Source: a virus (Duplodnaviria > Heunggongvirae > Uroviricota > Caudoviricetes). Taken from it: DNA of 38,621 bases. Within the stretch, counting starts at the first letter, position 1, and every line of letters starts with the position of its first letter. The notes beneath the pieces are model-generated. The model did no database searches. It was not told the DNA's origin and saw nothing but the letters and a program-made list of their open reading frames with translations. Both the position numbers and the translations under genes were made by a program. The DNA is taken from the IMG/VR virus record IMGVR_UViG_2851955134_000002. One strand, 5' to 3'. This document shows, one piece after another, positions 18,607 to 28,372 of this stretch.

Positions 18607-19434
18607 ATGCTGACACCGGCACAGGCGCATTTTCAGCGCACGATGGCACAACGCGCCGGACTGATCGATGACAGTCAGTCACAGACGGTGCGCACGGCTC
18701 ACGAACAAATCCTGCACCGCCTGCGACTGGCACAGGCGCGACTGAAAGGCATTCAGTCAAAGGCGGCGAAAGCGGAACTGAAAAAGACACTGCTGCCGGA
18801 TTTTTCCGGCTGGATTGACGGCACGCTGGAGAGCGACAGCGGACGCCAGGATGAGGTGATTGTCACCCTCATGGTCTGGGCCGTTGACTGTGGTGATTTG
18901 CCGCTGGCGCTGCGTATCGGTGAGTACGTGGTGCGTCATAACCTCAGCACACCGGACAGCTTCGGGCGCGATGCCGCCACGCTGCTGACAGAGGAAATCT
19001 GTAACCCGGTGCTGACGCTGGCAGGCACGGACCAGGACGCGGATTTGTCCGGATACATCGCCCCGCTGGATACCCTCTGGAAAATCGTCACCAACCGGGA
19101 TATGCCGGACGAGGTTCGCGCCAAACTCTGCAAGGCGTGCGCCTTTTCCCGCCGTGGTCTGACCGATGCGGACAGTATGGCTTCATCATTGAAACTGCTG
19201 CGCGAAGCGATGCACCTGAACCCGAACGCGGGCGTGAAACGCGAGATTGCCACGCTGTCCCGCGCACTGAAAAAGCTGACCAGCAGTGATGGCGGGGAGA
19301 ACAACGCGGAAAACAAAAGCACCGCGAAAACCGCCACCACGAAAACCGCCACCACGAAAACCGTGACGAAAAAGGCAGGCAAAAAGAGCGCCACAAAAGC
19401 CACTGCCACACGGAAAAGCAAAAAATCCGCGTGA
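18607..19434 (+). CDS. M: Terminase small subunit (P2 gpM-like)
   Basis: 275 aa after N with an AAGAGGAG RBS; ends in a Lys/Thr/Ala-rich low-complexity tail (TAKTATTKTATTKTVTKK). Confidence 0.75.
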   Translation: MLTPAQAHFQRTMAQRAGLIDDSQSQTVRTAHEQILHRLRLAQARLKGIQSKAAKAELKKTLLPDFSGWIDGTLESDSGRQDEVIVTLMVWAVDCGDLPLALRIGEYVVRHNLSTPDSFGRDAATLLTEEICNPVLTLAGTDQDADLSGYIAPLDTLWKIVTNRDMPDEVRAKLCKACAFSRRGLTDADSMASSLKLLREAMHLNPNAGVKREIATLSRALKKLTSSDGGENNAENKSTAKTATTKTATTKTVTKKAGKKSATKATATRKSKKSA

Positions 19435-19557
19435 AATTCAGCTTTCACGCATAACGACTTCGCCCCGGCGACAGGCGGCGCGGACGGTCACCTGGTTTTT
19501 AACTCCGCGACCTTCTGACCGTTCGCCCACCGCCTGACTTTTTAACGGAGGCTCGTC

Positions 19558-20052
19558 ATGAGCATGATTGCAAAACCCGGTATCACTGCCGCGACGGAGG
19601 ATGTCGCGGACACGGACGACGGTGATGCACGCATCACCACGGACGACTTCTGGCCGGAGACAGAACTGCGCGCGCTGCGCCTTGCCGTTCGCCTGCCCGG
19701 TCGCACCACCACGTCGCGTCTGATGCACGCGGCAACCGAAGCCGTGGCACACGTCACCGGTGAGCTGCGCAACTGGCAGACGCAGCAGATGAATGACGGA
19801 TACCGCACGCTGGCGGACGTTCCGGCCTCCCGCGTGAACGGCGAAAGCGTCAACGTGCACCGCTTCCGCCTTGCGGTGTATGCCGCCACCCGCGCCCTGA
19901 TACTGGAGCGCGTGCGCGATGTGGACACCACCGAACAGGGCGACCGGAAAGCGGACGCACTGGAAGCCCAGACCGGCGACCTCTGGCGCGACGTGCGCTG
20001 GGCCATTGCCGATATTCAGGGTGCACCGCGCATCTTTGCGAGGCTGTGCTGA
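19558..20052 (+). CDS. L: Head completion protein (P2 gpL-like)
   Basis: 164 aa with a GGAGG RBS; position and size match P2 L. Confidence 0.75.
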   Translation: MSMIAKPGITAATEDVADTDDGDARITTDDFWPETELRALRLAVRLPGRTTTSRLMHAATEAVAHVTGELRNWQTQQMNDGYRTLADVPASRVNGESVNVHRFRLAVYAATRALILERVRDVDTTEQGDRKADALEAQTGDLWRDVRWAIADIQGAPRIFARLC

Positions 20053-20252
20053 TGAAGGTGAAGGCATTACAGGGCGACACCGTTGACCTGCTGTGCTTCC
20101 GGCACTACGGCACAACGCAGGGTGTGACCGAAAAGGTGCTGGCCGCTAATCCGGGGCTGTGCGGACAGATTTTTCTGGAGGCAGGACAGGAAGTGGAATT
20201 ACCGGAGCAGGAAGAGAAAAAAACACGGGAGACGGTGCAGTTATGGGATTAG
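20052..20252 (+). CDS. X: Tail protein X (P2 gpX-like)
   Basis: 66 aa from the ATG overlapping the L stop; MKVKALQGDTVDLLCFRHYGTT... resembles P2 X. Confidence 0.75.
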   Translation: MKVKALQGDTVDLLCFRHYGTTQGVTEKVLAANPGLCGQIFLEAGQEVELPEQEEKKTRETVQLWD

Positions 20253-20536
20253 GTTTTTTTCGCAGTATTTACGACCACATCGCCTTCGCCGCCTCCGTCT
20301 CTGCGGTCACGATTGGCGCGATGACCATCAGCGAAAAAATCGCGCTGGCCGGGCTGCTGCTGGGTGCGCTTTCACTCTTTCAGGGCTGGCTTCACCGTCG
20401 CCGCATGGAGCGTGCGCAGGTCCGCCGCAATGCGCTGATTGCACAGATTCTGGCGCAGGCCGGAACGCGCGGGCTTCATGAAAGTGAACAGCGGGCGCTT
20501 GCCGCACTGCAACGGGATAACGATGAAAAACATTAA
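20243..20536 (+). CDS. Holin (P2 gpY position)
   Basis: 97 aa from the internal ATG; hydrophobic helices followed by a charged C-terminal tail; immediately precedes the endolysin gene. Confidence 0.6.
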   Translation: MGLGFFRSIYDHIAFAASVSAVTIGAMTISEKIALAGLLLGALSLFQGWLHRRRMERAQVRRNALIAQILAQAGTRGLHESEQRALAALQRDNDEKH

Positions 20537-21065
20537 GCGATATGCCGCCGCCGTGATTGTGGCGCTGGGTGTCTCGCTGGCTCCCGAAGCACTGCGCACC
20601 TCACAGGAGGCACAGATAAAAATTGCCACGTGGGAAGACTGCCGCGCCACGCCCTACACGGACATCGCGGGTATTGCCACCGTGGGCTGCGGCTCCACGG
20701 GGAACGTACAGAAACACCTGTACAGCGAGCAGGAGGTGGCCCGCCGCTGGGTGAATGACATGCAGCGGGCGGAGAACTGCATTAACCAGAATTTTCAGGG
20801 AGCAGCCATGCCGCAGTCGGCCTTCGAGGCGATGACGGACGCGGCCTTCAATCTGGGCTGTTCCGGCCTGATGTGGTTTAAGGACCGCAACGGAAAGCGC
20901 CAGCGCACCACCATCTGGAAACAGGCACAGACGCATAACTGGGCGCTGATGTGCACCCGCCTCACGGATTTTGTGAATGCGGGCGGGAAGCGCAGTCAGG
21001 GACTGGTTAACCGCCGCAGCGATTTTCGCACCTGGTGTCTGCGGGATGCGGAGAAACAGAAATGA
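20523..21065 (+). CDS. Endolysin, phage lysozyme family (P2 gpK position)
   Basis: Start at MKNIKRYAAAV (ATG 20523); N-terminal hydrophobic segment, then a lysozyme-like region (ATWEDCRATPYTDIAGIATVGCGSTG) consistent with a signal-anchored endolysin. Confidence 0.8.
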   Translation: MKNIKRYAAAVIVALGVSLAPEALRTSQEAQIKIATWEDCRATPYTDIAGIATVGCGSTGNVQKHLYSEQEVARRWVNDMQRAENCINQNFQGAAMPQSAFEAMTDAAFNLGCSGLMWFKDRNGKRQRTTIWKQAQTHNWALMCTRLTDFVNAGGKRSQGLVNRRSDFRTWCLRDAEKQK

Positions 21066-21508
21066 GACTGACCACCGCCGCCGTTATCGCCCTGTTTTCA
21101 GGGGCGCTGTATCTGGTGTCGCTGCGTCTGGCCTGGCAGGCAGGGCATGAATGGGCACGTCGTGAATATCACGAACAGGCGCTGGCGGGAACGAATGCCG
21201 CCGTGGATGCACTTCATGCAGAACTCCGGGGCATCAGCGGCCTGCTGGCGCAGGTCCGCGCCGCAGAGCAGCACCGGAATCAGGAAGGAGAAAAACGCCG
21301 TGAAGAGATACGCAACGCACTCCGGGAAAATCCGTGCGCGGCTGCTGCTGTGCCTGCCGCTGTTGCTGACCGCCTGCAGCAGCGCACCGCGCCCCGTCGT
21401 GGTCACCCAGACGCAGCACGCACCGCTGCCGGAAAGCCTGACACAGCCAACGCCGGTCCCCTCCCTGCCCCGACCGCTGACGTGGGGCGGACTGGCCGTC
21501 TGGAGTGA
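21062..21508 (+). CDS. Inner-membrane spanin (Rz/LysB-like)
   Basis: ATG overlaps the endolysin stop; one N-terminal TM helix, then a charged helical region. Confidence 0.6.
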   Translation: MRLTTAAVIALFSGALYLVSLRLAWQAGHEWARREYHEQALAGTNAAVDALHAELRGISGLLAQVRAAEQHRNQEGEKRREEIRNALRENPCAAAAVPAAVADRLQQRTAPRRGHPDAARTAAGKPDTANAGPLPAPTADVGRTGRLE

Positions 21509-21593
21509 CCGGCTGCTGGACGCGCTGGAGAGCTGCAACGCCGACAAGGCAGCCATTAAAGCAACCGAACAACAACGCCGGATGCGACCGTAA
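21300..21593 (+). CDS. Outer-membrane lipoprotein spanin (Rz1/LysC-like), overlapping the i-spanin in the +1 frame
   Basis: GTG start after a GGAAGGAG RBS; signal peptide with lipobox LLTAC; extends beyond the i-spanin stop, the overlapped arrangement typical of P2 lysB/lysC. Confidence 0.55.
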   Translation: MKRYATHSGKIRARLLLCLPLLLTACSSAPRPVVVTQTQHAPLPESLTQPTPVPSLPRPLTWGGLAVWSDRLLDALESCNADKAAIKATEQQRRMRP

Positions 21594-21602
21594 GGAGAAG
21601 TC

Positions 21603-22085
21603 ATGCTGAAAATGAACCGTCTGCGCGAAGCCCTCACCGCCTCATCCCGGTGGTGTCGCGCGAATCCGGAAAAACTCACCGTGTTTGCAGAAAGCGGAAA
21701 TATTGAGACCACCGGTGAAACCCCGACGTTTGTCTACCGTTACACGCTCGTGGCCTTCGTCATGGATTTTCCGGGACACATCGACGAGCTGATGCTGCCG
21801 CTGATTGTCTGGCTCATGCACAACCAGCCGGATTTGCTGCTCAACCCGGAGAAAAACGGGGACGTTAAGTTTTCCGTTGCCGTCAATGACGACGACAGTA
21901 CCGACCTGTTACTGGAAATTCCCGTGCGTGAACGCGTGAAAGTCTGCCGCAATGAAAACGGTGAACTGTATCCGGTGCACCTGCCGGAACCGCGACCGCC
22001 TGCCGTGCTGACAGGCGGCTGGGGCGATGTGATTGTTGAAGATGTGACCTTTAAGGATTTGACCGATGAACACCGCAGTGCATGA
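21603..22085 (+). CDS. R: Tail completion protein (P2 gpR-like)
   Basis: 160 aa, AAGGAG RBS; position in the R-S-V-W-J-I-H series. Confidence 0.7.
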   Translation: MLKMNRLREALTASSRWCRANPEKLTVFAESGNIETTGETPTFVYRYTLVAFVMDFPGHIDELMLPLIVWLMHNQPDLLLNPEKNGDVKFSVAVNDDDSTDLLLEIPVRERVKVCRNENGELYPVHLPEPRPPAVLTGGWGDVIVEDVTFKDLTDEHRSA

Positions 22086-22704
22086 GCTGGATGTGGTTTT
22101 CCGCGACATTCTGGACGGGCTTTCCGCCGCCGGACGGGCACGCACGGCACGGGCTGTCGGGCAGGCGCTGCGCCGGAGCCAGCAGGCGCGCATCCGCGCA
22201 CAGAAGAACGCAGACGGCTCGCCGTATCCGGCACGAAAACGGCAGGTGATGCACACCCGTCGTGAAGTGAAATTTGTGTGGAACGGCGAGGTCCGCACGC
22301 TGCGCCAGTGGGGACACAAGCGTTACCGGAAAGGCCGCGCCATTATCGGGCGCGACCCTGACCGTGGCGGCGCGCTGAGGACGTTTTACCGTGATGATAT
22401 TGAGCGATACATCGCGGTATCGTCCATGTCTGCCCGCCAGACCAGCAAAAAAAACACGCCGATGTTCGCGCGTCTTCGCACATACCGCTGGTTAAAAATG
22501 CGCTCAGATGCGGAAGGCGCTGTTGTGGGCTTCGATGGCCTGGCTGCGCGGATTGCCCGCGTGCATCAGGCAGGGTTACGCGACGAGGTGGCTCCGGGCG
22601 TGATGACCACCTACCCGGTGCGTGAACTGCTGGGTATCACGGCAGCCGACGAACGCCTGGTACATGACACGATTATCCGCTCCCTGAGGAGCGCGGCACG
22701 ATGA
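22066..22704 (+). CDS. S: Tail completion protein (P2 gpS-like)
   Basis: ATG-initiated ORF overlapping the R stop; longer than I recall for P2 S, so the true start may be internal. Confidence 0.65.
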   Translation: MNTAVHELDVVFRDILDGLSAAGRARTARAVGQALRRSQQARIRAQKNADGSPYPARKRQVMHTRREVKFVWNGEVRTLRQWGHKRYRKGRAIIGRDPDRGGALRTFYRDDIERYIAVSSMSARQTSKKNTPMFARLRTYRWLKMRSDAEGAVVGFDGLAARIARVHQAGLRDEVAPGVMTTYPVRELLGITAADERLVHDTIIRSLRSAAR

Positions 22705-23282
22705 CAGCGGAAATCATGCGACTGCTTGCAAACATCATCCGCACGGGCGTGATTTTTGCCGTGGACGAAACCACGTGGCGCGTTCGTGTGCGCAGCGGAG
22801 AGCTGGAAACCGACTGGCTGCGCTGGAACACACCACGCGCGGGCGCGTTCAGCATATGGCTGCCGCCTGCCGTGGGCGAACAGGTCATGATTGCCTGTAT
22901 CAATGGCGACCCCGCAACCGCCACCGTCATCGGCAGTCTCTGGAGCAGCGAACATCCTGCGCCCGGTAGCAGCCTGACGGAAATCGTGGTCACAGCGCCT
23001 GACGGCGCGGTGTTCCGCTACGATGCGGACGCAGGCGCGCTGAGCGCCAGCGGAATCAGAACAGCCACCATTCAGGCCGGAACGGGCGTGACGCTGGACA
23101 CCCCCACCGTCACCTGCACAAACCATCTGAAAGCGGCAACGTTTGAGGTGACAGAAGGCGGAACCCTGAGTGGCAATATCTCGCACAGCGGCGGTGATTT
23201 CACCTCCAACGGTGTGACGCTGCACACGCACAAACACAGTGGCGTGAAGAGCGGCGGCGACACCACAGGAGACCCGCAGTGA
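22701..23282 (+). CDS. V: Baseplate spike/assembly protein (P2 gpV-like)
   Basis: 193 aa; ATGA overlap with S; position and size match P2 V. Confidence 0.8.
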   Translation: MTAEIMRLLANIIRTGVIFAVDETTWRVRVRSGELETDWLRWNTPRAGAFSIWLPPAVGEQVMIACINGDPATATVIGSLWSSEHPAPGSSLTEIVVTAPDGAVFRYDADAGALSASGIRTATIQAGTGVTLDTPTVTCTNHLKAATFEVTEGGTLSGNISHSGGDFTSNGVTLHTHKHSGVKSGGDTTGDPQ

Positions 23283-23644
23283 GTGCACGTTTTCTGGGGA
23301 TGAACCCCGAGGCCACCGGCACGCTCAGCGATACGGACCATCTGTGGAACAGCGTGAGGGATATTCTGCTGACACCGCTCGCCAGCCGGGTGATGCGCCG
23401 GGAATACGGCAGCCTGCTGCCGGATTTGCTGGATGCACCGATGAATGCCACAACCCGCCTTCAGTGCATGAGTGCCGTGGTGATTGCCCTGACACAGTGG
23501 GAGCCACGCATCGCCCTGAATGCCGTTGACATTCAGTGGGAGGCGGGCGGAAAAGCTGTTATCACCCTCACCGGCACGCTGACAGAAAGCCTGGAAACCG
23601 TACAGAACACACTGACACTCAGGAGCGACAATGCCAGCCGTTGA
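23279..23644 (+). CDS. W: Baseplate protein (P2 gpW-like)
   Basis: 121 aa; GTG start overlapping the V stop; size and position match P2 W. Confidence 0.75.
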   Translation: MSARFLGMNPEATGTLSDTDHLWNSVRDILLTPLASRVMRREYGSLLPDLLDAPMNATTRLQCMSAVVIALTQWEPRIALNAVDIQWEAGGKAVITLTGTLTESLETVQNTLTLRSDNASR

Positions 23645-24527
23645 CCTGTCGGAACTGCCGACACCACAGATTATTGAAACGCCGGATTTTGAAGTCATCC
23701 TGGCGGAGGTGAAAGAAAGCATGATTACGACATTCCCGCAGACACAGCAGGCTGCCGTCCGGTCAGCCATGGCGCTGGAGTCCGAACCGCTCACGGTCAT
23801 CGCTCAGGCATTTGCACTGCGTGAGTTGCTGCTTCGCCAGCGAATTAATGAAGGGGCGGCGGCCTGTATGCTGAGCCATTCCACAGGTGACGACCTGGAT
23901 AACCTCGCCGCCAACATGAACACCGCGCGACTGGTCATCACACCTGCCACGGACACCGCGGAGGCCGTCATGGAAAGCGACACAGCCCTGCGGCTGCGTG
24001 CGCAGTCTGCATTCGATGGCCTCAGCGTGGCCGGTCCCACCGGGGCGTATGAATATTTTGCCCGCAGTGCCAGCGGTCTGGTGGCGGACGCGCGCGCTAC
24101 CAGCCCAGCACCGGCGGAAGTGGTGGTGGCAGTGCTGTCCACAGAAGGCGACGGTACGGCGACCGAAGCACTCCTGACGACGGTCAGAAATGCGCTGAAT
24201 GCCGAAGACGTTCGCCCGGTCGGTGACCGCCTGACGGTGCAGAGTGCAGAAATCATCCGGTATCAGATTGATGCCCGGCTTTACTTTTATCCGGGGCCGG
24301 AGTCGGAACCCATCCTGAATGCAGCCAGAAATAACCTGAAAGCCTGGCTTGCTGAACAGGGCAAAATCGGTCGCGATGTGGCGCTTTCCGCCATCATGGC
24401 CGCGCTGCATGTTCAGGGCGTTCAGCGCGTGGAACTGACCAGTCCCGCACAGAATATTGTTATCAGCGATGTGCAGTCAGCGTACTGCACATCGTTCACG
24501 GTCAGCGCAGGGGGAACCAATGAGTGA
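23631..24527 (+). CDS. J: Baseplate protein (P2 gpJ-like)
   Basis: 298 aa, ATG with AGGAG RBS; size and position match P2 J. Confidence 0.8.
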   Translation: MPAVDLSELPTPQIIETPDFEVILAEVKESMITTFPQTQQAAVRSAMALESEPLTVIAQAFALRELLLRQRINEGAAACMLSHSTGDDLDNLAANMNTARLVITPATDTAEAVMESDTALRLRAQSAFDGLSVAGPTGAYEYFARSASGLVADARATSPAPAEVVVAVLSTEGDGTATEALLTTVRNALNAEDVRPVGDRLTVQSAEIIRYQIDARLYFYPGPESEPILNAARNNLKAWLAEQGKIGRDVALSAIMAALHVQGVQRVELTSPAQNIVISDVQSAYCTSFTVSAGGTNE

Positions 24528-25296
24528 GCCATCACTTCTTCCCCCTTCAGCCAGCGATTTCATGCGCTGCGTGGAGCGGGGAACAAGCCGGTTGTCAGCA
24601 CTGCCTGTCAGCGTTAACCAGCTCTGGGATCCTGACACCTGCCCGGTGGCCCTGCTGCCTTATCTGGCGTGGGCGCTGTCCGTGGACAGGTGGGATCGTG
24701 ACTGGACGGAAGAAACAAAGCGCCAGGTGATCCGTGATGCCTGGGCTATCCACCGCCATAAGGGAACCATCAGCGCCATCCGGCGTGTGGTTGAACCCTT
24801 TGGCTATGTCATTAACGTGACGGAGTGGTGGCAGAACGGCGACCCGCGCGGCACCTTCCGCATTGATATTGGTGTGCAGAATGCGGGTATCACAGAGGAA
24901 ACGTACTCCGAGCTGACACGACTGATCGACGATGCCCGTCCGGTCAGCCGCCACCTTGCCTCGCTGAACATTATGCTGGATGCACAGGGAGTCGCACGTG
25001 TGTTTTCCGGCATGCACGACGGCAGTGAAACAACAATCTGGCCAGCCGCTTCTGCCGGTGTTGAGACTGTTTCGGTGTTCAGGGCATCCCCGGTTTTCTT
25101 TGACGGCGACATGCTCACCATTTACCCGCCGACACCGTCGGTATCTGTCGATGCGGGGATTGCCATGGGATTACGGGTTACGGGCGATGATGCGGTGACC
25201 GTGGAGCCACAGGCGGTGATGCAGATAACCACCACAACCGGAACCCTGACGGCATCAGTGGTATTTCTGGAGGATTCTTTGAGGATTTTTTCATGA
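24520..25296 (+). CDS. I: Baseplate/tail protein (P2 gpI position)
   Basis: Start taken at the internal ATG (MSEPSLLPP...) overlapping the J stop. Confidence 0.7.
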   Translation: MSEPSLLPPSASDFMRCVERGTSRLSALPVSVNQLWDPDTCPVALLPYLAWALSVDRWDRDWTEETKRQVIRDAWAIHRHKGTISAIRRVVEPFGYVINVTEWWQNGDPRGTFRIDIGVQNAGITEETYSELTRLIDDARPVSRHLASLNIMLDAQGVARVFSGMHDGSETTIWPAASAGVETVSVFRASPVFFDGDMLTIYPPTPSVSVDAGIAMGLRVTGDDAVTVEPQAVMQITTTTGTLTASVVFLEDSLRIFS

Positions 25297-27080
25297 CTGT
25301 AAAATATTTTTCTGTTCTGACTGACAAAGGCGCAGCCCGTCTGGCAAGGGCGGTTGCCAGCGGCTCGAAAATATCCATCACCACCATGAAACTGGGGGAT
25401 GGCGGCGGCAGTCTGCCGGAACCGGCTGCTTCCATGGAAAACCTGGTGAACACGGTATACAGTGCCCCACTGAATCAACTGAGCGTCAGCGCGTCCGATG
25501 CCAGCCAGCTTGTCGCCGAGATGATTATCCCGGAGGATAAAGGGGGGTTCTGGATCCGCGAGATTGGGCTTTTTGACAGCGACGGCGTGATGATTGCCGT
25601 GGCGAACTGCCCCGAAACCTACAAGCCCGTACTCGCCGAGGGAAGCGGGCGCACGCAGACAATTCGCATGATTGTTGTGGTTTCCAGTGCTTCATCCGTC
25701 GAGCTGAAAGTTGATCCCTCTGTCGTGCTCGCCACCCGCGCCTATGTTGAAGAATATGTTGCACAGGAAAAGGACTCTGTACCGCCGCTGCCTGATGTAT
25801 GGATACCGTTTAACGATTCACTGGATATGCTTACGGGGTTCGCTCCGGGCTATAAAAAAATCACCATTGGTGATGATGTGGTTCAGGTTGCCAGTGATAA
25901 ACAGGTTAGTTTCACGCGCGCATCAACGGCAACCTATATCAATAAATCTGGTGAACTGAAAACGGCGGAAATTAATGAGCCGCGATTTGAGCGCGAAGGT
26001 CTGCTGATTGAGGGGCAAAGAACAAACTACATGCTGAATTCGGAAACTCCGGCCAGCTGGGGCAAGTCAGTAAGTATGGATGTGCCCGAAACCGGGACAG
26101 ATAGTTTTGGGTTTACTTATGGGAAGTTTGTCTGCAAGGATTCCATCATAGGGCAAACCTCGGCCATTAATATGGCATCAGTTGCTGCAACAGACGCGGT
26201 TGATGTTTCAGGCGATAATAAGTACGTGACAACCTCGTGCCGTTTCAAAACAGAACGACAGGTAAGATTGCGCATCAGGTTTGACAGGTATGATGGTAGT
26301 ACAACAGATTTTCTTGGCGATGTGTACATTGATGCGCAATCGCTTGAAGTAAATATGACAGGCGGTGCTTCTGGCAGAATTACGGCACGAGTCAGAAAGG
26401 ATAAGATGACAGGCTGGATTTTTGCTGAGGCAACAATTGAGGCAATTGATGGTGAGTTAAAAGTAGGCTCTCAGATACAGTACTCCCCCAGGCAGGGTGA
26501 GGGAACGGTATCTGGCGACTATATTTATCTGTCCACCCCACAAGTCGAAAACGGACCGTGTGCGTCATCATTTATTATTTCAGGGGCCAGCGCAACGACA
26601 AGAGCCAGTGATTTGGTTAGTATTCCCACTAAAAATAACCTGTATTCGCTTCCATTTAGTTTTTTAGTTGAAGTCCATAAAGAATGGGATGTTGCGCCAA
26701 ATGCAGCCCCTCGCGTGTGGGATATAGCGGCAGCCAATACCGGGCAATCAGCAATCGCAGCAATCAACGGAAGTGGCGGTAAGTTATATATGAGTCTGTC
26801 AGACCCCTCAGGAACATATGTTAATAGTGCGGCGGCAGATGTATTTGCACAAAATGCCACGTTTGGATGTATTGCAAAATCTGATGGTAAGTTTCATGTA
26901 GTGACGAATGGTGAAGCGGTTAGTGAAGTTTATTGTGAATATAATGGTGTGACCGCTGATAAGAATATCCGATTTGGAGGGCAGACAAATACTGGAGAAC
27001 GACATCTGTTTGGTCACATTCGTAATTTCCGTATATGGCACAAAGAATTAAATGACAGGCAATTAAGAGAGACCGTATGA
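25293..27080 (+). CDS. H: Tail fibre protein (P2 gpH-like) with divergent AT-rich C-terminal domain
   Basis: Conserved-looking N-terminus (MTVKYFSVLTDKGAARLARA...ITTMKLGDGGG) typical of P2-family fibres; composition turns visibly AT-rich from about 25800 onward. Confidence 0.8.
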   Translation: MTVKYFSVLTDKGAARLARAVASGSKISITTMKLGDGGGSLPEPAASMENLVNTVYSAPLNQLSVSASDASQLVAEMIIPEDKGGFWIREIGLFDSDGVMIAVANCPETYKPVLAEGSGRTQTIRMIVVVSSASSVELKVDPSVVLATRAYVEEYVAQEKDSVPPLPDVWIPFNDSLDMLTGFAPGYKKITIGDDVVQVASDKQVSFTRASTATYINKSGELKTAEINEPRFEREGLLIEGQRTNYMLNSETPASWGKSVSMDVPETGTDSFGFTYGKFVCKDSIIGQTSAINMASVAATDAVDVSGDNKYVTTSCRFKTERQVRLRIRFDRYDGSTTDFLGDVYIDAQSLEVNMTGGASGRITARVRKDKMTGWIFAEATIEAIDGELKVGSQIQYSPRQGEGTVSGDYIYLSTPQVENGPCASSFIISGASATTRASDLVSIPTKNNLYSLPFSFLVEVHKEWDVAPNAAPRVWDIAAANTGQSAIAAINGSGGKLYMSLSDPSGTYVNSAAADVFAQNATFGCIAKSDGKFHVVTNGEAVSEVYCEYNGVTADKNIRFGGQTNTGERHLFGHIRNFRIWHKELNDRQLRETV

Positions 27081-27355
27081 AAGATTTGACTTTGAAGTTT
27101 CATGACAAACAGCAGTTTAAAGCCCTCCTGTCATCTCTTTGCTGGGAGGAAAATGAAGACCTCCAGAACAAACTGTTAGTTGATGAAATTGGTTTCACCT
27201 ATACAGAAACAGGGGAAAATGAAGAGGGAGAACCTGTATGTATCCGGAATGACGGTTATTTTGTCAACGTTCGTATCCTTGATGACTCGTTTGATGTTTC
27301 TGTGTTCTCTGATTATGTGGTGGAGCTGGAAACACCGCTTCGGGAATGGAGCTGA
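27077..27355 (+). CDS. Small acidic protein after the tail fibre gene; possibly a fibre assembly chaperone
   Basis: 92 aa, ATGA overlap with H; AT-rich; no resemblance to P2 G as I recall it, so the function is a guess from position. Confidence 0.3.
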   Translation: MKDLTLKFHDKQQFKALLSSLCWEENEDLQNKLLVDEIGFTYTETGENEEGEPVCIRNDGYFVNVRILDDSFDVSVFSDYVVELETPLREWS

Positions 27356-27367
27356 AGGGAGAAAATA

Positions 27368-27661
27368 ATGGATATAAGCCCCTTGCTTCATGCACTTTGT
27401 GCTGTGGCTGCGCAGCTTCTGGCTGGGCTTTTCACCGGAAACTGGGCTTATGGTGCGGTAGCTGGCTGTACGTTCTTCATTGCACGTGAACACACCCAGG
27501 CAGAATATCGCTGGATTGAAAAATTCGGGAAAGGGAAACGAATTAACATGCCATGGTGGGGTGGTTTTGATCCGCGCGTGTGGGATGCCGGAAGCCTGAT
27601 GGATTTTGCTGTACCGGTGGCAACATGCCTGTTCTTCTGGCTGTCGGTTAGTTACTGGTGA
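27368..27661 (+). CDS. Small membrane protein (two hydrophobic segments), candidate moron
   Basis: 97 aa with an AGGGAG RBS; hydrophobic N- and C-terminal segments around a WWGGFDP motif; followed by a 13-bp-stem hairpin at 27666-27702. Confidence 0.4.
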   Translation: MDISPLLHALCAVAAQLLAGLFTGNWAYGAVAGCTFFIAREHTQAEYRWIEKFGKGKRINMPWWGGFDPRVWDAGSLMDFAVPVATCLFFWLSVSYW

Positions 27662-27734
27662 AATCACGCCACCACCTCGTTATCTGTATGAGGTGGTGGC
27701 GTCAGGTTAAGGGAATGCGTTCAACGACGACGAT

Positions 27735-27839
27735 TTGTCTTTAAGCGTATTCAGTGATTCCCCACACAGATGCAGGCTGAAGTTTCTCCCACATATCCTC
27801 ATCACACCATTGAAAGCCTGCAGGAAACTCAATTCTTTC
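27735..27839 (-). pseudogene. Decayed 3' fragment of a gpU-like tail gene
   Basis: About 105 bp aligning by eye at roughly 80% identity with the 3' end of the intact U gene (28518-28620), same orientation; the reading frame is broken. Confidence 0.6.
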
Positions 27840-28160
27840 AGGCAAGCTTCAGAAAATTATAAATTTCAACAGATACAATTAAAATGATTTACAACGAAAT
27901 CCCCTGCTGCCGGAGGCAAAAGAGGGGATCAGCATCTGGCAATCTGAGTTGTTGCCTGGCACTATCAGTGATGAATACAGATGAAGCCTGGCTGCGTGGA
28001 TTGAATACATTAAAGAACTTCAGCAGGTGACTTTCACTTCCGTGAAGGACAAAGATTATTACAATGCGCTGGTATGGCCTGAATCGCCATCAAAGGGGGT
28101 TTTACAGAAGGCATAATATATTTATAATCCCGCAGCGTTATACACATGCAAACATTCTTT

Positions 28161-28186
28161 GCCCGCCCCGTGCGGGCTTTTTTTTT
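28161..28186 (+). terminator. Rho-independent terminator in the AT-rich intergenic block
   Basis: GCCCGC-CCCGT-GCGGGC hairpin followed by nine T. Confidence 0.55.
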
Positions 28187-28349
28187 ACCACAAAGATACA
28201 GTAACAGACAAAATTGTAATCAGAGCAACAAAATCGCAGGAAACATTTTCATCGATGACGATAATAATTAAAAATATTGTTTCAATAACGCCAACCCAAT
28301 ATAATCCCTTCCGGAACATAGAACTTTAAATCTTCACACAATGCATGTT

Positions 28350-28372
28350 GCCCTCTTTATGAGGGCTTTTTT
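28350..28372 (+). terminator. Rho-independent terminator in the AT-rich intergenic block
   Basis: GCCCTC-TTTAT-GAGGGC hairpin followed by TTTTTT. Confidence 0.5.

Noticed and set aside
19438-20115. Long antisense ORFs inside GC-rich structural genes (for example 19438-20115, 22611-23288, 23072-23800, 23763-24410 on the minus strand, 31974-33068 on the plus strand)
   Set aside because: Shadow ORFs typical of GC-rich coding DNA; they overlap genes with clear homology and synteny and have Arg/Ala/Gly-biased, low-complexity translations.
27176-27667. 163-aa minus-strand ORF overlapping the two small plus-strand genes after H
   Set aside because: Cysteine-rich, irregular translation and no RBS; the plus-strand ORFs have RBSs and coupled starts.
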